NCBI GenBank assembly: GCA_001724265.1
Contig: MEDY01000010.1
Location: 62,001 to 126,000 of the forward strand
DNA: 64,000 bases
Reading direction: 5' to 3'
Source of the DNA: Rhizaria sp. SCN 62-66
Lineage: Eukaryota
Below the pieces are notes generated by a model. That model was not told where the DNA came from, did not search any database, and worked only from the letters and a program-made list of their open reading frames with translations. This document shows, piece by piece, positions 24,701 through 33,400 of this stretch (the stretch's first letter is position 1; each line of letters begins with the position of its first letter). A program made the translations under genes and the position numbers.

Positions 24701-27700
24701 TCTCGAGGCTGGGGCGCACGACGATCGCCACGGGGCGGTCGCCGACGGTGCCCGTCGCGGGCAGCGCGAGGTCGGCGGGACGCAGCGACAGATACGCCAC
24801 GCGGCGCGGGACCAGCATCGTGGTGCTGTTGCCCTCATCGCTGGGCGCGGCAGTGGCCTTCTCGCCCGCGGCGATCGCGGCGGCCGCGGCGGCCTCGGCG
24901 GCGGCGGCCGTCTTGTAAACGCGCACGGACTCGCTGGGCGGCAGCGTGAAGGTGGACAGGATGCGCGCGGTGATAAGCCCGTCAGTGGCCACGAGCTCCT
25001 GCGCGCGCGCTAGCGCCGACACAGTCGCGGCGGCGGCGGCAGCCTTCTTGGTGGGCTTCTTGGCGCCCTTCTTGGCGCTCGCGGCGGCGAGGTCGGCGTC
25101 GGAGGGCGGCACGGCGTCGGCGTCGAGGAGATCCGTGAGGTGGATGCGGCCGATGATCGAGCCAGCGGCAGTGCCCTGGGGCCCGAAGGCGACCGTGAGC
25201 GTGTGCGTGGTGGAGTTGACGGCCGTGGGCTTGACCTGGAGCAGCATGCCGGGGCGGATCTTGTTCGACTCGACCGTGGCGTCAAAGAAGGTCGACTTAT
25301 CCGACATGACGCGGCGGCCCAGGCGGGACTCGACCTCGGCGGCCACGGGCAGAGACAGCACCAGCGTGCGCGGCACGTCCTCGGCCAGCGGCTCGCAGGC
25401 CTTGGCACCCGTCGCGTTGGCGGGCGCCGTCGCGGCCTCGACCAGCGGGGGCGTGTAGCGCACCGTGGCCTTAAGCGTCGCGCCGACCTGGAAGAGCGAC
25501 TGGGGCGACAGACGCAGGTTCGCCGTGTAGGGCACGGCGGCCGCGATCGACTGGCGGTGCTGCGGCAGGTTCACCACGACGTGCGTGCGCGTCACCAACA
25601 GCACCTCAGCGTGCACCGTCGCGCCGGGCGCCAGCGCCAGCGCAGAGGGCGCAAGCGCGGGAGACAGCATGAGTCCGCGCTTGTTCTTACGCGCCGCGGC
25701 CTCGGCGGCGGCTTTAATCGCGGCGGCCTTGGCCACCTTGCGGTCCTTGGAGGGCATCGTGTGCGTGCCCTCCTGGTCGCCGTCCTTGGTGGGCGCGTTG
25801 GCGGCGTACTCGGCCGCGATCTTCTTCGCGCCGTCGACGAGCACGGGACGGAACGTCACGTCCACGATGCGGCGCTGCATGTCGACGTTAAGCACGCGGC
25901 ACGCGGCCTCGGCGCCGTGCGCGGGGCGGCCTGCAAGCGCGGAGCCCGACGTGTGGTGCGGGGCGAGCGCCACGGCGGTGTAGCCGGGGAAGGCGGGCAG
26001 AGTAAGGAAGAGCGCGGCCGAGGTGGCCTTGCTGACGCGCGCGCGGGCGATAACGGCGCCGACCACGGGCACCGCGGTCGTAGCGGCCTTGGCGGCGGGG
26101 GCGGCGTCGTCGGTCATGGCCTCGCCCTCGCTTTTGTGCTCACTGTCGTCGCCGTCCTCGTCCTCGTCAGACTCGGAGTCGGAACCAGCGGCGCCCTGCG
26201 CGGCCTTAGACTCGGCCTCAGCCTCGGCGACGGCCTCCGCCTCGGCAGCCTCCGCGGCGGCGACGGTGGCGGACTTGTTCCACGCCTCGGGGTGCGCAGC
26301 CAGGAGCGCGCGCTCGGAGAAGTAGCCGATATCGAACACGCGCTCCAGGAAGGGCGTCTCGGTCGAGCGCGCGATGTCGCTGTTGCGGAACGACAGCGAC
26401 ACGCGCGCCGGGGACGCCTCACCCTCGGCGGCCTTGACCGACATGACTACAGCGTTGACCGTCTGCCCCACGTGGAAGGCCTGCTTGGCGTCCGAGATGT
26501 GCGAGTCCGCTAGCGCCATCATCGGCGCGAGTGCCACGGCGCCGTCGCCGAGCTGCGTGTAGACGCCGAACGATGAGACGGAGCGGACCACGCCGACGAT
26601 GTGCGTGTGCACGGCGACCGTCGCCAGGTCGATGATGGTGCGGGGTGACACGGCGCCCACCTTGACGCCCGCGGCGGCGAGCGCGGTGACGAACTGCGAC
26701 GAGACCGACTGGAAGGGCGCGGCGGCGGCGGCAGCGCCGAAGAGGCCCGCGGAGGAGTCTGCCGCGGCGGCGAAGGCGGGGCCCGCAAGCCAGGACAGCA
26801 GCGCGGGCTTGACCGAGAGCGTGGGCACGCCGCCGCGGACCGAGACGACGGTGGCGAGCGGGAACGTGGTCTTCCGCGCCAGGTGCAGCTCGTAGAGCGC
26901 CTGCACGTGGGCCGGCGACGAGGTGTGGTCCGTCAGGTGGTACGCGGGCAGCAGGCCCGTTACCTCGACGGGCGCGATGCTCGCGTCGGCCGAGGTCTTG
27001 CGCACCGTGACTTGAAGCACGGCGTCCGAGGGCACGATGCCCGCGTTGGCGCCCGTGCGCAGCGCCGGGGCCGCGCCGGTCACCGTCGCGGTGACCCACT
27101 CGCCCGCCACCACTGGACAGGGCCCTGCGGCGGCGGTTGAGGCGCGGCCGGAGCGCGCGCGCGCGTGCGCGGCTTCGAGGTGCTGGAGCTCCTCTGCGCT
27201 GGGCGTGGTCTTGAGCGAAATGCGGAGCGTCTGGCGCGCCTCGTCCGTGCGGATGACGCGCGCCTTGACTGCCTGGCCGCGCACGTAGGCCTTGGTGGGG
27301 TTCTGGCCCTCGACCAAGAGGCCGTCGCGGATCATCACGGCCAGCGGGATGTAGCCGTAAAGCCGGTTGTAGAGCTCCACAGACACGCCCTTGGGCGTGA
27401 CGGAGCCGATGAAGCCGTCCACAAGCAGCGGCTTGCCGGCCGTCGCGGCGGCGGCGAGCGCGGTGCGCACCTCGGCCAGCGTGGCAACGACAGGAAGCTT
27501 GGTTTCGAGCATCGAGTGCTTGGCCGTGAGCGAGATGCGCCCGCGCTCGCGGTCAACCGACACCACGCGCAGCTTGTGCTTGGAACCGATCTCGAAGCGC
27601 GCCGCGGCCTTGCCCAGCCCGCCGTCGGCGTTGGGGATGTCGCGCAGATGCATGATGGGCAGCAGGCCCTTGACCGAAGGGTTGAAGCGGACGAAGATGC

Positions 27701-29603
27701 CCATCGACTCGGAGTGGGCCTCGATCGTCACCTCGTACACCTTGCCGGCGACGACGTCGTCCATGGTCATGACGGGACAGTCGAGCACAGAGGGCTTGGC
27801 CGTGACGAGCACGTACCCGTCGAGCGGGTTGCATCCAGACACGCGCACCGTCACGCGCGCGTCAGCCCGGAACGCGCCCGGGATGCCCGCGGGCGCCGTG
27901 TCGGCCATCTCGCGCAGCGGCAGCCACGCGATCACGGGCCGCGCAGCCGCGGCGGCGTCGGAGGCCTTGGCGTCGTCGCCGGTGCCGTTGCTGGCGGCGG
28001 CGTTGGTGAAGCCCGCGGCGGCGGCGGCGGCGGCCTTCTCGGCGGCCACGCGCGCGGCGTAGGGCGTCAGGTCGACGTAGGCGCCGGAGTCGCCGGTGGT
28101 GCGGATCACGCGCGCGTCCGTCACCACGGTGCCGACGCGGAGGCCCTCGGGCAGCGGCGTGCCGGCACAGCGCTTGACGAGCGAGTTGGTGAGTGAGAGT
28201 TCGATGACCTTGGTGGTGGGGTTGACGTAAAGCACGCGCGCGACGACGGCGGCGCCGACGCGGTACTTCTTGTCGAGCGCGAGGTCGCCGTGCGCGAGCA
28301 CGGGCTCGGGCAGGTGCGCCAGCGAGACAGTGCCGACGAAGAAGTCGAGGAAGCGCACGAGCAGGCCGTCGGGGAGGATCTTGTCGATCTCGCCCGAGAC
28401 GAGCGCGCCCGGCTTGACGGCCTCGATCGAGATATTCTCTGCGAGGCGCGCGGTGAGGCCGGCGCGCGCCACGATCGCCGGGTCGCAGGTCGCCGCCACG
28501 ACGCGGTTCTCGGCGCTTGCGGCGGCGAGCGCCACGCACTCGACCGTCTGGCCCTTGATGAGCTTGCGGCTGGCGCTGTTCGGGCCCAGGTTGGTCTTAG
28601 CGACGAAGCCCGACACGTTGGGAATGCCAAAGTCGATAATGTAGCCGCGGTCCTCGACCGAGGTGACGGCGCCGACGAGCCCGGCGCCCTTCTGCACGTT
28701 GGCCGCGGTGATGTGCGTGTTGACCAGCGAGGGGCGCAGCGAGAGCTCGACGCGCGGGAACGAGCGGCCTGAGCCGTTCTCCTGGATGACCGTGAGCTTG
28801 GCGACCACGCAACGCACGATCTGGCCCACCTTGTACATCGCAGACAGCTCGGGGAGACCCTTTTTGGCGGCGCGCGAGCCCGATGAGCCGGTGTCGCTGT
28901 CATCGCCGTCTGTGGCCGTGTCGTCGCCGTCCGCGGCCGCGTCGCCGGCGGCCAGGTAGTCGTCGACGATGGTGGCCATCGTGTCGGATACTTCGCGCAG
29001 CGAGGCGAAACCGATGACGCCGTCGGGCAGCGAGACGACCATGTCAAGTTCGGAGATGGAGCGGATCGCGCCGAGCACCACGGCGCCGACAGAGAGCGAG
29101 TGGAACGACAGCACGTGCACCTTCTTGGTCGCCATGTCCGCCTTGACCTGTGCCTCGACCTCGGCGCGGATGCGGTCGTGCTCCGACAGAGGGCCGCGCT
29201 TGGCGTCCTTGCGCTTCTGTGCGGCCTCGGCGGCGGCCTTGTCTTCGTTGTCGTCGTCGTCGTCATCGACCATGTGCTTGCGGTCCGTCTTGGCGGGCTT
29301 GGCCGAGACGCGGGCTGTGTTAAAGAGGCCGGCGTCCTGCTTGGTGCTCGCGATCGCGGCCTTGACCTCGTCCGACACGGGCGCCACGGCCGCGCGGCCA
29401 CGGGGCAGCATGTCGGCGTCGTCGTCCTCGCCGCGAAGAAACGACGGCAGCGCCGCGACGGCCTCCACGCGTGCGCGCTTCGCGGCGTACACGGCCGTCT
29501 TCTGAGAGCGGTCACCGCGGCCACCCGAGGAGGGCTTGCCGCCGGCCGACGCGGAGGGCTTGCCGCCGCTGGGACGCTTTACCTGCTTCGCGGAGCTGCT
29601 CAT
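21765..29603 (-). CDS. RRP5: rRNA biogenesis protein RRP5 (S1 repeats plus C-terminal HAT/TPR repeats), intronless, 2612 aa
   Basis: Multiple S1-like units (VGAVVLGAIRSISELDMVVSLP, GAVTSVEDRGYIIDFG, GVVRSVSSFGVY, GQLVRGYVEH) and C-terminal PTNADDFER..PNNSLNWVQYMAHELEL..ARALAERAL..ERWNVWVALMTLENMYG, FAQLEF..DRGRMMFE..PKRLDVWSQYADQE, MKFLFKKFVDFEEE; TGA stop. Confidence 0.96.
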   Translation of the reverse strand: MSSSAKQVKRPSGGKPSASAGGKPSSGGRGDRSQKTAVYAAKRARVEAVAALPSFLRGEDDDADMLPRGRAAVAPVSDEVKAAIASTKQDAGLFNTARVSAKPAKTDRKHMVDDDDDDNEDKAAAEAAQKRKDAKRGPLSEHDRIRAEVEAQVKADMATKKVHVLSFHSLSVGAVVLGAIRSISELDMVVSLPDGVIGFASLREVSDTMATIVDDYLAAGDAAADGDDTATDGDDSDTGSSGSRAAKKGLPELSAMYKVGQIVRCVVAKLTVIQENGSGRSFPRVELSLRPSLVNTHITAANVQKGAGLVGAVTSVEDRGYIIDFGIPNVSGFVAKTNLGPNSASRKLIKGQTVECVALAAASAENRVVAATCDPAIVARAGLTARLAENISIEAVKPGALVSGEIDKILPDGLLVRFLDFFVGTVSLAHLPEPVLAHGDLALDKKYRVGAAVVARVLYVNPTTKVIELSLTNSLVKRCAGTPLPEGLRVGTVVTDARVIRTTGDSGAYVDLTPYAARVAAEKAAAAAAAGFTNAAASNGTGDDAKASDAAAAARPVIAWLPLREMADTAPAGIPGAFRADARVTVRVSGCNPLDGYVLVTAKPSVLDCPVMTMDDVVAGKVYEVTIEAHSESMGIFVRFNPSVKGLLPIMHLRDIPNADGGLGKAAARFEIGSKHKLRVVSVDRERGRISLTAKHSMLETKLPVVATLAEVRTALAAAATAGKPLLVDGFIGSVTPKGVSVELYNRLYGYIPLAVMIRDGLLVEGQNPTKAYVRGQAVKARVIRTDEARQTLRISLKTTPSAEELQHLEAAHARARSGRASTAAAGPCPVVAGEWVTATVTGAAPALRTGANAGIVPSDAVLQVTVRKTSADASIAPVEVTGLLPAYHLTDHTSSPAHVQALYELHLARKTTFPLATVVSVRGGVPTLSVKPALLSWLAGPAFAAAADSSAGLFGAAAAAAPFQSVSSQFVTALAAAGVKVGAVSPRTIIDLATVAVHTHIVGVVRSVSSFGVYTQLGDGAVALAPMMALADSHISDAKQAFHVGQTVNAVVMSVKAAEGEASPARVSLSFRNSDIARSTETPFLERVFDIGYFSERALLAAHPEAWNKSATVAAAEAAEAEAVAEAEAESKAAQGAAGSDSESDEDEDGDDSEHKSEGEAMTDDAAPAAKAATTAVPVVGAVIARARVSKATSAALFLTLPAFPGYTAVALAPHHTSGSALAGRPAHGAEAACRVLNVDMQRRIVDVTFRPVLVDGAKKIAAEYAANAPTKDGDQEGTHTMPSKDRKVAKAAAIKAAAEAAARKNKRGLMLSPALAPSALALAPGATVHAEVLLVTRTHVVVNLPQHRQSIAAAVPYTANLRLSPQSLFQVGATLKATVRYTPPLVEAATAPANATGAKACEPLAEDVPRTLVLSLPVAAEVESRLGRRVMSDKSTFFDATVESNKIRPGMLLQVKPTAVNSTTHTLTVAFGPQGTAAGSIIGRIHLTDLLDADAVPPSDADLAAASAKKGAKKPTKKAAAAAATVSALARAQELVATDGLITARILSTFTLPPSESVRVYKTAAAAEAAAAAAIAAGEKATAAPSDEGNSTTMLVPRRVAYLSLRPADLALPATGTVGDRPVAIVVRPSLETLTVGSVLTAVVTRVPAEAASDQTAVAEGIEVELMPSVSARLGAAELAGVDEAANPAAAVAAVRAAAAALAVGDVVKVKVVANAHATVALDGDDSDDADNDDSDDETAEAKDAKVSKKAAVSASASRSRRHNRFFVRAALVHATLNPSATAGESTFTVPAGPVPHGKLVTSFAAFKKEGKDGSGSGDSANDNVVLAPNTVVKGKFRVFRRDLNRQYLRVALSSEAVAVIRAVEISDAFPADPLAKFDVGTVITELALLAVDPAAQDSRVTYIASLRASRIAALRSVAAAKSPAAAAEKLAALGLANPFAATATAAAADFDPFVFADVLARGDLVAGQLVRGYVEHTALKAGCFIQLSAFATGRAEIKELSDAFITDAPKRFPSGKLVELRVLAPPQPDSTSGPVDVTARRSHVSGANVRALQQLKPFDVVKGVVMRVIPSGVVIRLKHTTVNALARTSECTDTPKGETAPDLSGHYEPGDKVKAVVISTSPLTSRVMLGLRASLFEQAAKHKAGQAAAAEGKKKATAAKKLTAETEAAAIAMIDGDADADGGDVSSDDEFAVAADPKAKAATAAAQREAAAAAAKSQAAAAAKAKPAAIAAGEAVTESLFKALIAPARSAATASLAGISGNDEEEEELVPMSDDEDDAGAGAKRSREAKRAARERREREIELAERALMEDAVPTNADDFERVCLRTPNNSLNWVQYMAHELELSNVAKARALAERALTAIPVTEVQERWNVWVALMTLENMYGTVESLDAVVKRAQKMNAPVKVALELVRIYDNSTKVEKAQEVLAATAKRYGGEAGGDDALPIWYAWFTLMFKYELVDKAREVLAQALIKLPPKLHMSAITRFAQLEFSEPTGAPDRGRMMFEKFLAENPKRLDVWSQYADQEMKLLRRITARPDIKAGEVKKAKTRVRTLLSNLTAEAKWSVWTPRQMKFLFKKFVDFEEEFDGGKFTSAVQEKAKLYVTYLEARG

Positions 29604-30412
29604 GGTTGCTGCGTTCGTTGTGTTGACGGAACCGTGCGCAGAGCGGGGCGACTCAGGGAAAGAGCTATGCGTGAAGAATAAACGAGAAAACAACACAGGA
29701 AAAGATGTCGCGATGTAAGAGACTCGTGCAAGAACGATTAGAAAGCATGATGCGCTCTGGGAAAGGCGGTGAAACGAGAGACCTGGCTCCGAGTGGTCTA
29801 GGCATGGCTGGGAAAAGGACTAGAGTTACATGAAGTAGCACTTTACACAGATGGCAAAAACGGATATATATACCCTCGTCTGCTTTTTACCCTGACATGT
29901 TTTGCTTTTCATATTTGCTTAAGACGGGGACGCTCCCGAATCCAACTGCGCGCACGGAGCGACCGCAGTTAGGTCGGTTCGAATCGGTTCGCATTTCGCT
30001 CTGGACTTTTTGCGAACCGCAGCTGATGGTTTTTTTAGTCGGTCGACCGACAAACATTGAAAAGCTGCTCAGATACCGTCATCTTGGAACTCTAAAGAAA
30101 CAATACAGTACATTTTATATTTAAAATACCTTGTATTAATTTGCTAGATAGTCTATATCAGTGTTGTGGTCTTCTTCCCATCTCAGCGGCAATGCCACTT
30201 TGTGACGTGTCATTGAGGTTCCAACTGAGGTCGTTATAAAGATGCACACCCAGATATAAACAATTGGCCAGCACTCTTCGCAACATCGGAACGCGCATGT
30301 GAAAAGGTCAGACAAAGAACAATGAAGATGTGACGCACACGAAGATGAGAGCCTACAGCAGTTTCAACGCTTAGCACACACCATATAGACGATTGCTGCC
30401 ATCATGAAAATA

Positions 30413-33400
30413 TTAGAAGAGTGGCTGATAGAAAGCGTCACTCGAGGTTTCGTCGTCGTTATCTTTCGTCAGAAACTGCACCTCCCTCAAGGTTCCAGAC
30501 ACGCGAGCTAAGGCCTCCCGATGCTCCGCTGTATCCTCCTCTTGTGTCATCGCCACGCCGACAGTGGGAACTGCCGCGGATATCACACCCGAGTCACCGT
30601 AGTTTACAACATAAGTTGTTCCATCAGGGTAAATCATCGAGCAGGCCCCTTTCCAAGTGCCACTAATATTCATGCCTCGGCACACTACACCATCGGGCCG
30701 CGTCATCACTCCCTTCCCGTACGGCCTATTACATTTGTCACGTGCGCCCACCCACGTCGCCTTGCCCGGGGCAAGCCCGCGGCGGTGGCCCCATCGGCGC
30801 TCGTGCGCGCGGTCAGCAAGCGCTTGCTGAGCGGCGTCCTTCCACTGTGGGCCGTAGGAGTATGTGCGGTTGGCAAAGTCAATCACTGTGCCGTCGCCAA
30901 ACGGGACTGGACCTGACCAGTAGCCGATGTAAAGCACGCCACGCTCAGTCGCCAACGCGCCAAGACCGCCTGGAGCGCCTGTAACCCACCAACCGCTGTG
31001 CACGTCGCCGTTGGCGTAGCGCATGCGACCAAAGCAGTGTCGCCGTCCACGCATGAAGAGACCGATGTAGTGATCGCCGTTGAGCTCATCTTGTTCCTCA
31101 CCCAATCCCATCAGTTCACCCTTGCAAGTCGTTCCCCGACGCAGCAGCATGCTTTCATCCTTTGTTGACTGGGTACCACATCCAAACGGATGTTCGTTTG
31201 CAAGCAGGAAACCTTCGTACACCTTGTCTTTCATATAAGCGATCGTGCGTTTGCTATTGGCAGTGATAAGTTTACCGACAATCTCAATATCAGCGGATTT
31301 AACGTTGGTAGATGCCACAGTCACACCAAGGATGCCGTTGCAGATCTTCTTATGACCCCATATATCCGACGCCTTGTCGCTCCGCCACTTCCCTTGGCAA
31401 AGAAGCTCATAGTGCTGAACAGGACCGTTGCGGACTTGCTGTTCTAGACGTCCTTCGCCTGTAAATTCGATATGATTGAAGTCTGTGAAATTGGCAGAGC
31501 CAGTATATAGACGTTCTTGACTGAGCTTAACACTTACAATCGGCAGGGGGATACATTTCTTCAGTAAACGATATTGAGCCTGGCGGTGCGTGATAGAGCC
31601 GATTCCTGTAAACTGTCCTCGGACAAAACAGCCCTCGTAAGTCGCAATTTCACGCGATTGAGCTTGAGCCATTTTCTTTGACGACAACGGACGCGCTCCC
31701 TTGCAAATTGCATCCACGTCCGCAAACACGGTGAGTTTCCCTTGAAAGTTTGGAACACCATCAATCATGCTGCCCTTGTAGATAGAAGCATGAAGTTGCT
31801 CATCAACAAGAACAATCGTTGCATCATCGCTGCCAAACAGTGAGCTTGGCGCTAAGGGGTGAGGCTTGACACGATTGACATTCTTCATAATGTCCGTATA
31901 CACACCTGATACGAACTCACCTGTATTCCAAATCCCAACAAGTGTTGTGCCGTTGACACGTGTCAGCGTAACATTGCCATGAACACGGTCTGCTTGAAAT
32001 TCGCCGGTAAACGTCGCGTCACCAGTAAAGTTCGTGTACGTGCCGTGGCCGCAGCGCACCCCGTGTTCCCACCGGCCCTCGTACACCGCGCCAGTCACGT
32101 ACACGCACTTGCCATGTCCGTGCCGTTCGCCGGCCTCGTTGCGCTCGCCTACATACTGCCCATCGTCAGCTGATAGCAGCTCAGCGCCCGTCGCATCGGT
32201 GCTCACAAACGTGTCACCACGCCAACATCCAAGCATCGGATTCGAGCGACCTGGCACTGTTACAGTGCACCGTACGCCCTCAAACGGCGCTTTCTGATCA
32301 ATATGCACGCTATCGTAGTCCATTGTGACACCATTGGAAAGAGTGAAGCGACCAACAAGCTCAGATGGTGAAGCCCACATCCAATCAGCGGCTTTACGAT
32401 ACGATCCCCGGAATGTGGTGCCGTTCGGTGTTACGGCGTCTACGAGGCTACATGCGTTGTAATCCTTCATATGAGCAGCCGGAGTGCAACGACAGCTTGT
32501 GCTGCGGTACATCAACTCGCGCTTGACTGTCAGACGCCAGCCATGATGTGTCGTCATCACATCCGTGTCGTTGAAAGGCATGATTGTAGTGCAATCCGGG
32601 ACTTCACAGAGAAGCCTGCGTGTCTCGCTGCCGCCATTAGGAAACGTCATCACGCCGATCAGCGGCGCGGTTCCGCGTTTAAACACGTTCTGACCACTTG
32701 GCGCGGCTTGCAGGTCAGCGACAAATACGGGCCCGTGCGCAAGATGTAGCCGGAGCTGCTCAGGATGAGGCATAAACGAAAGTTGTTGATCGGAAGCAAC
32801 ATCAAAGAATACGCCTTTGATCAGGTTTCCGTTGTACATCAGGGTCGTCAAGACCTGGTCAGGGCGTGTGTCCTTGCTAATCACTGTATAGCAATCCACA
32901 ATCGAGATTTCGAGATTTAACTTGTCATTTGCATCGACGTTGCTATTCACAAGATTGCATTTAAATGTCTCAGACTCACGGGAAAGTAGGCTCGGCAAAC
33001 ATGACGATTTTGATGGATGCTTTTCGTACAACAAATGGTTCTTCACCATGCATTTTGTTGAATCGTTATACTGAGCTTTCTTCACCATGAGCTGATTGCT
33101 AGAGCTCCCAGCGCGCATATCCTCCACTTGCTGCTGCCAGTCGTTGGTTATATCGGATGAGCCGAGCGTTACCGATGGAAACTCTTTACGGATAGTCTGT
33201 ACAAGAGTTATACTCCTGACATCTTGAGAAAGACGCATCTTCGCCAGCGAGTCGCCTGAGTCAGACCCAGAACCCGCGCCTTCAATCCCTAGTTTGAGTG
33301 TATGAGTCTTCCTTTCGGATGTAACATGGAAATTGTCTTTGTAATCAGACCATGTCGTTGTACCAGCAGAAACGCGGGCACCAAACGTCCCAGAAGAGAC

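Noticed and set aside
29878-29896. U5 snRNA loop I-like TGCTTTTTACC
   Set aside because: Differs from the invariant GCCUUUUAC and lacks a convincing enclosing stem.
29965-29995. tRNA suggested by GGTTCGAATC
   Set aside because: The T-stem does not pair and no D arm, anticodon arm or acceptor stem can be built.
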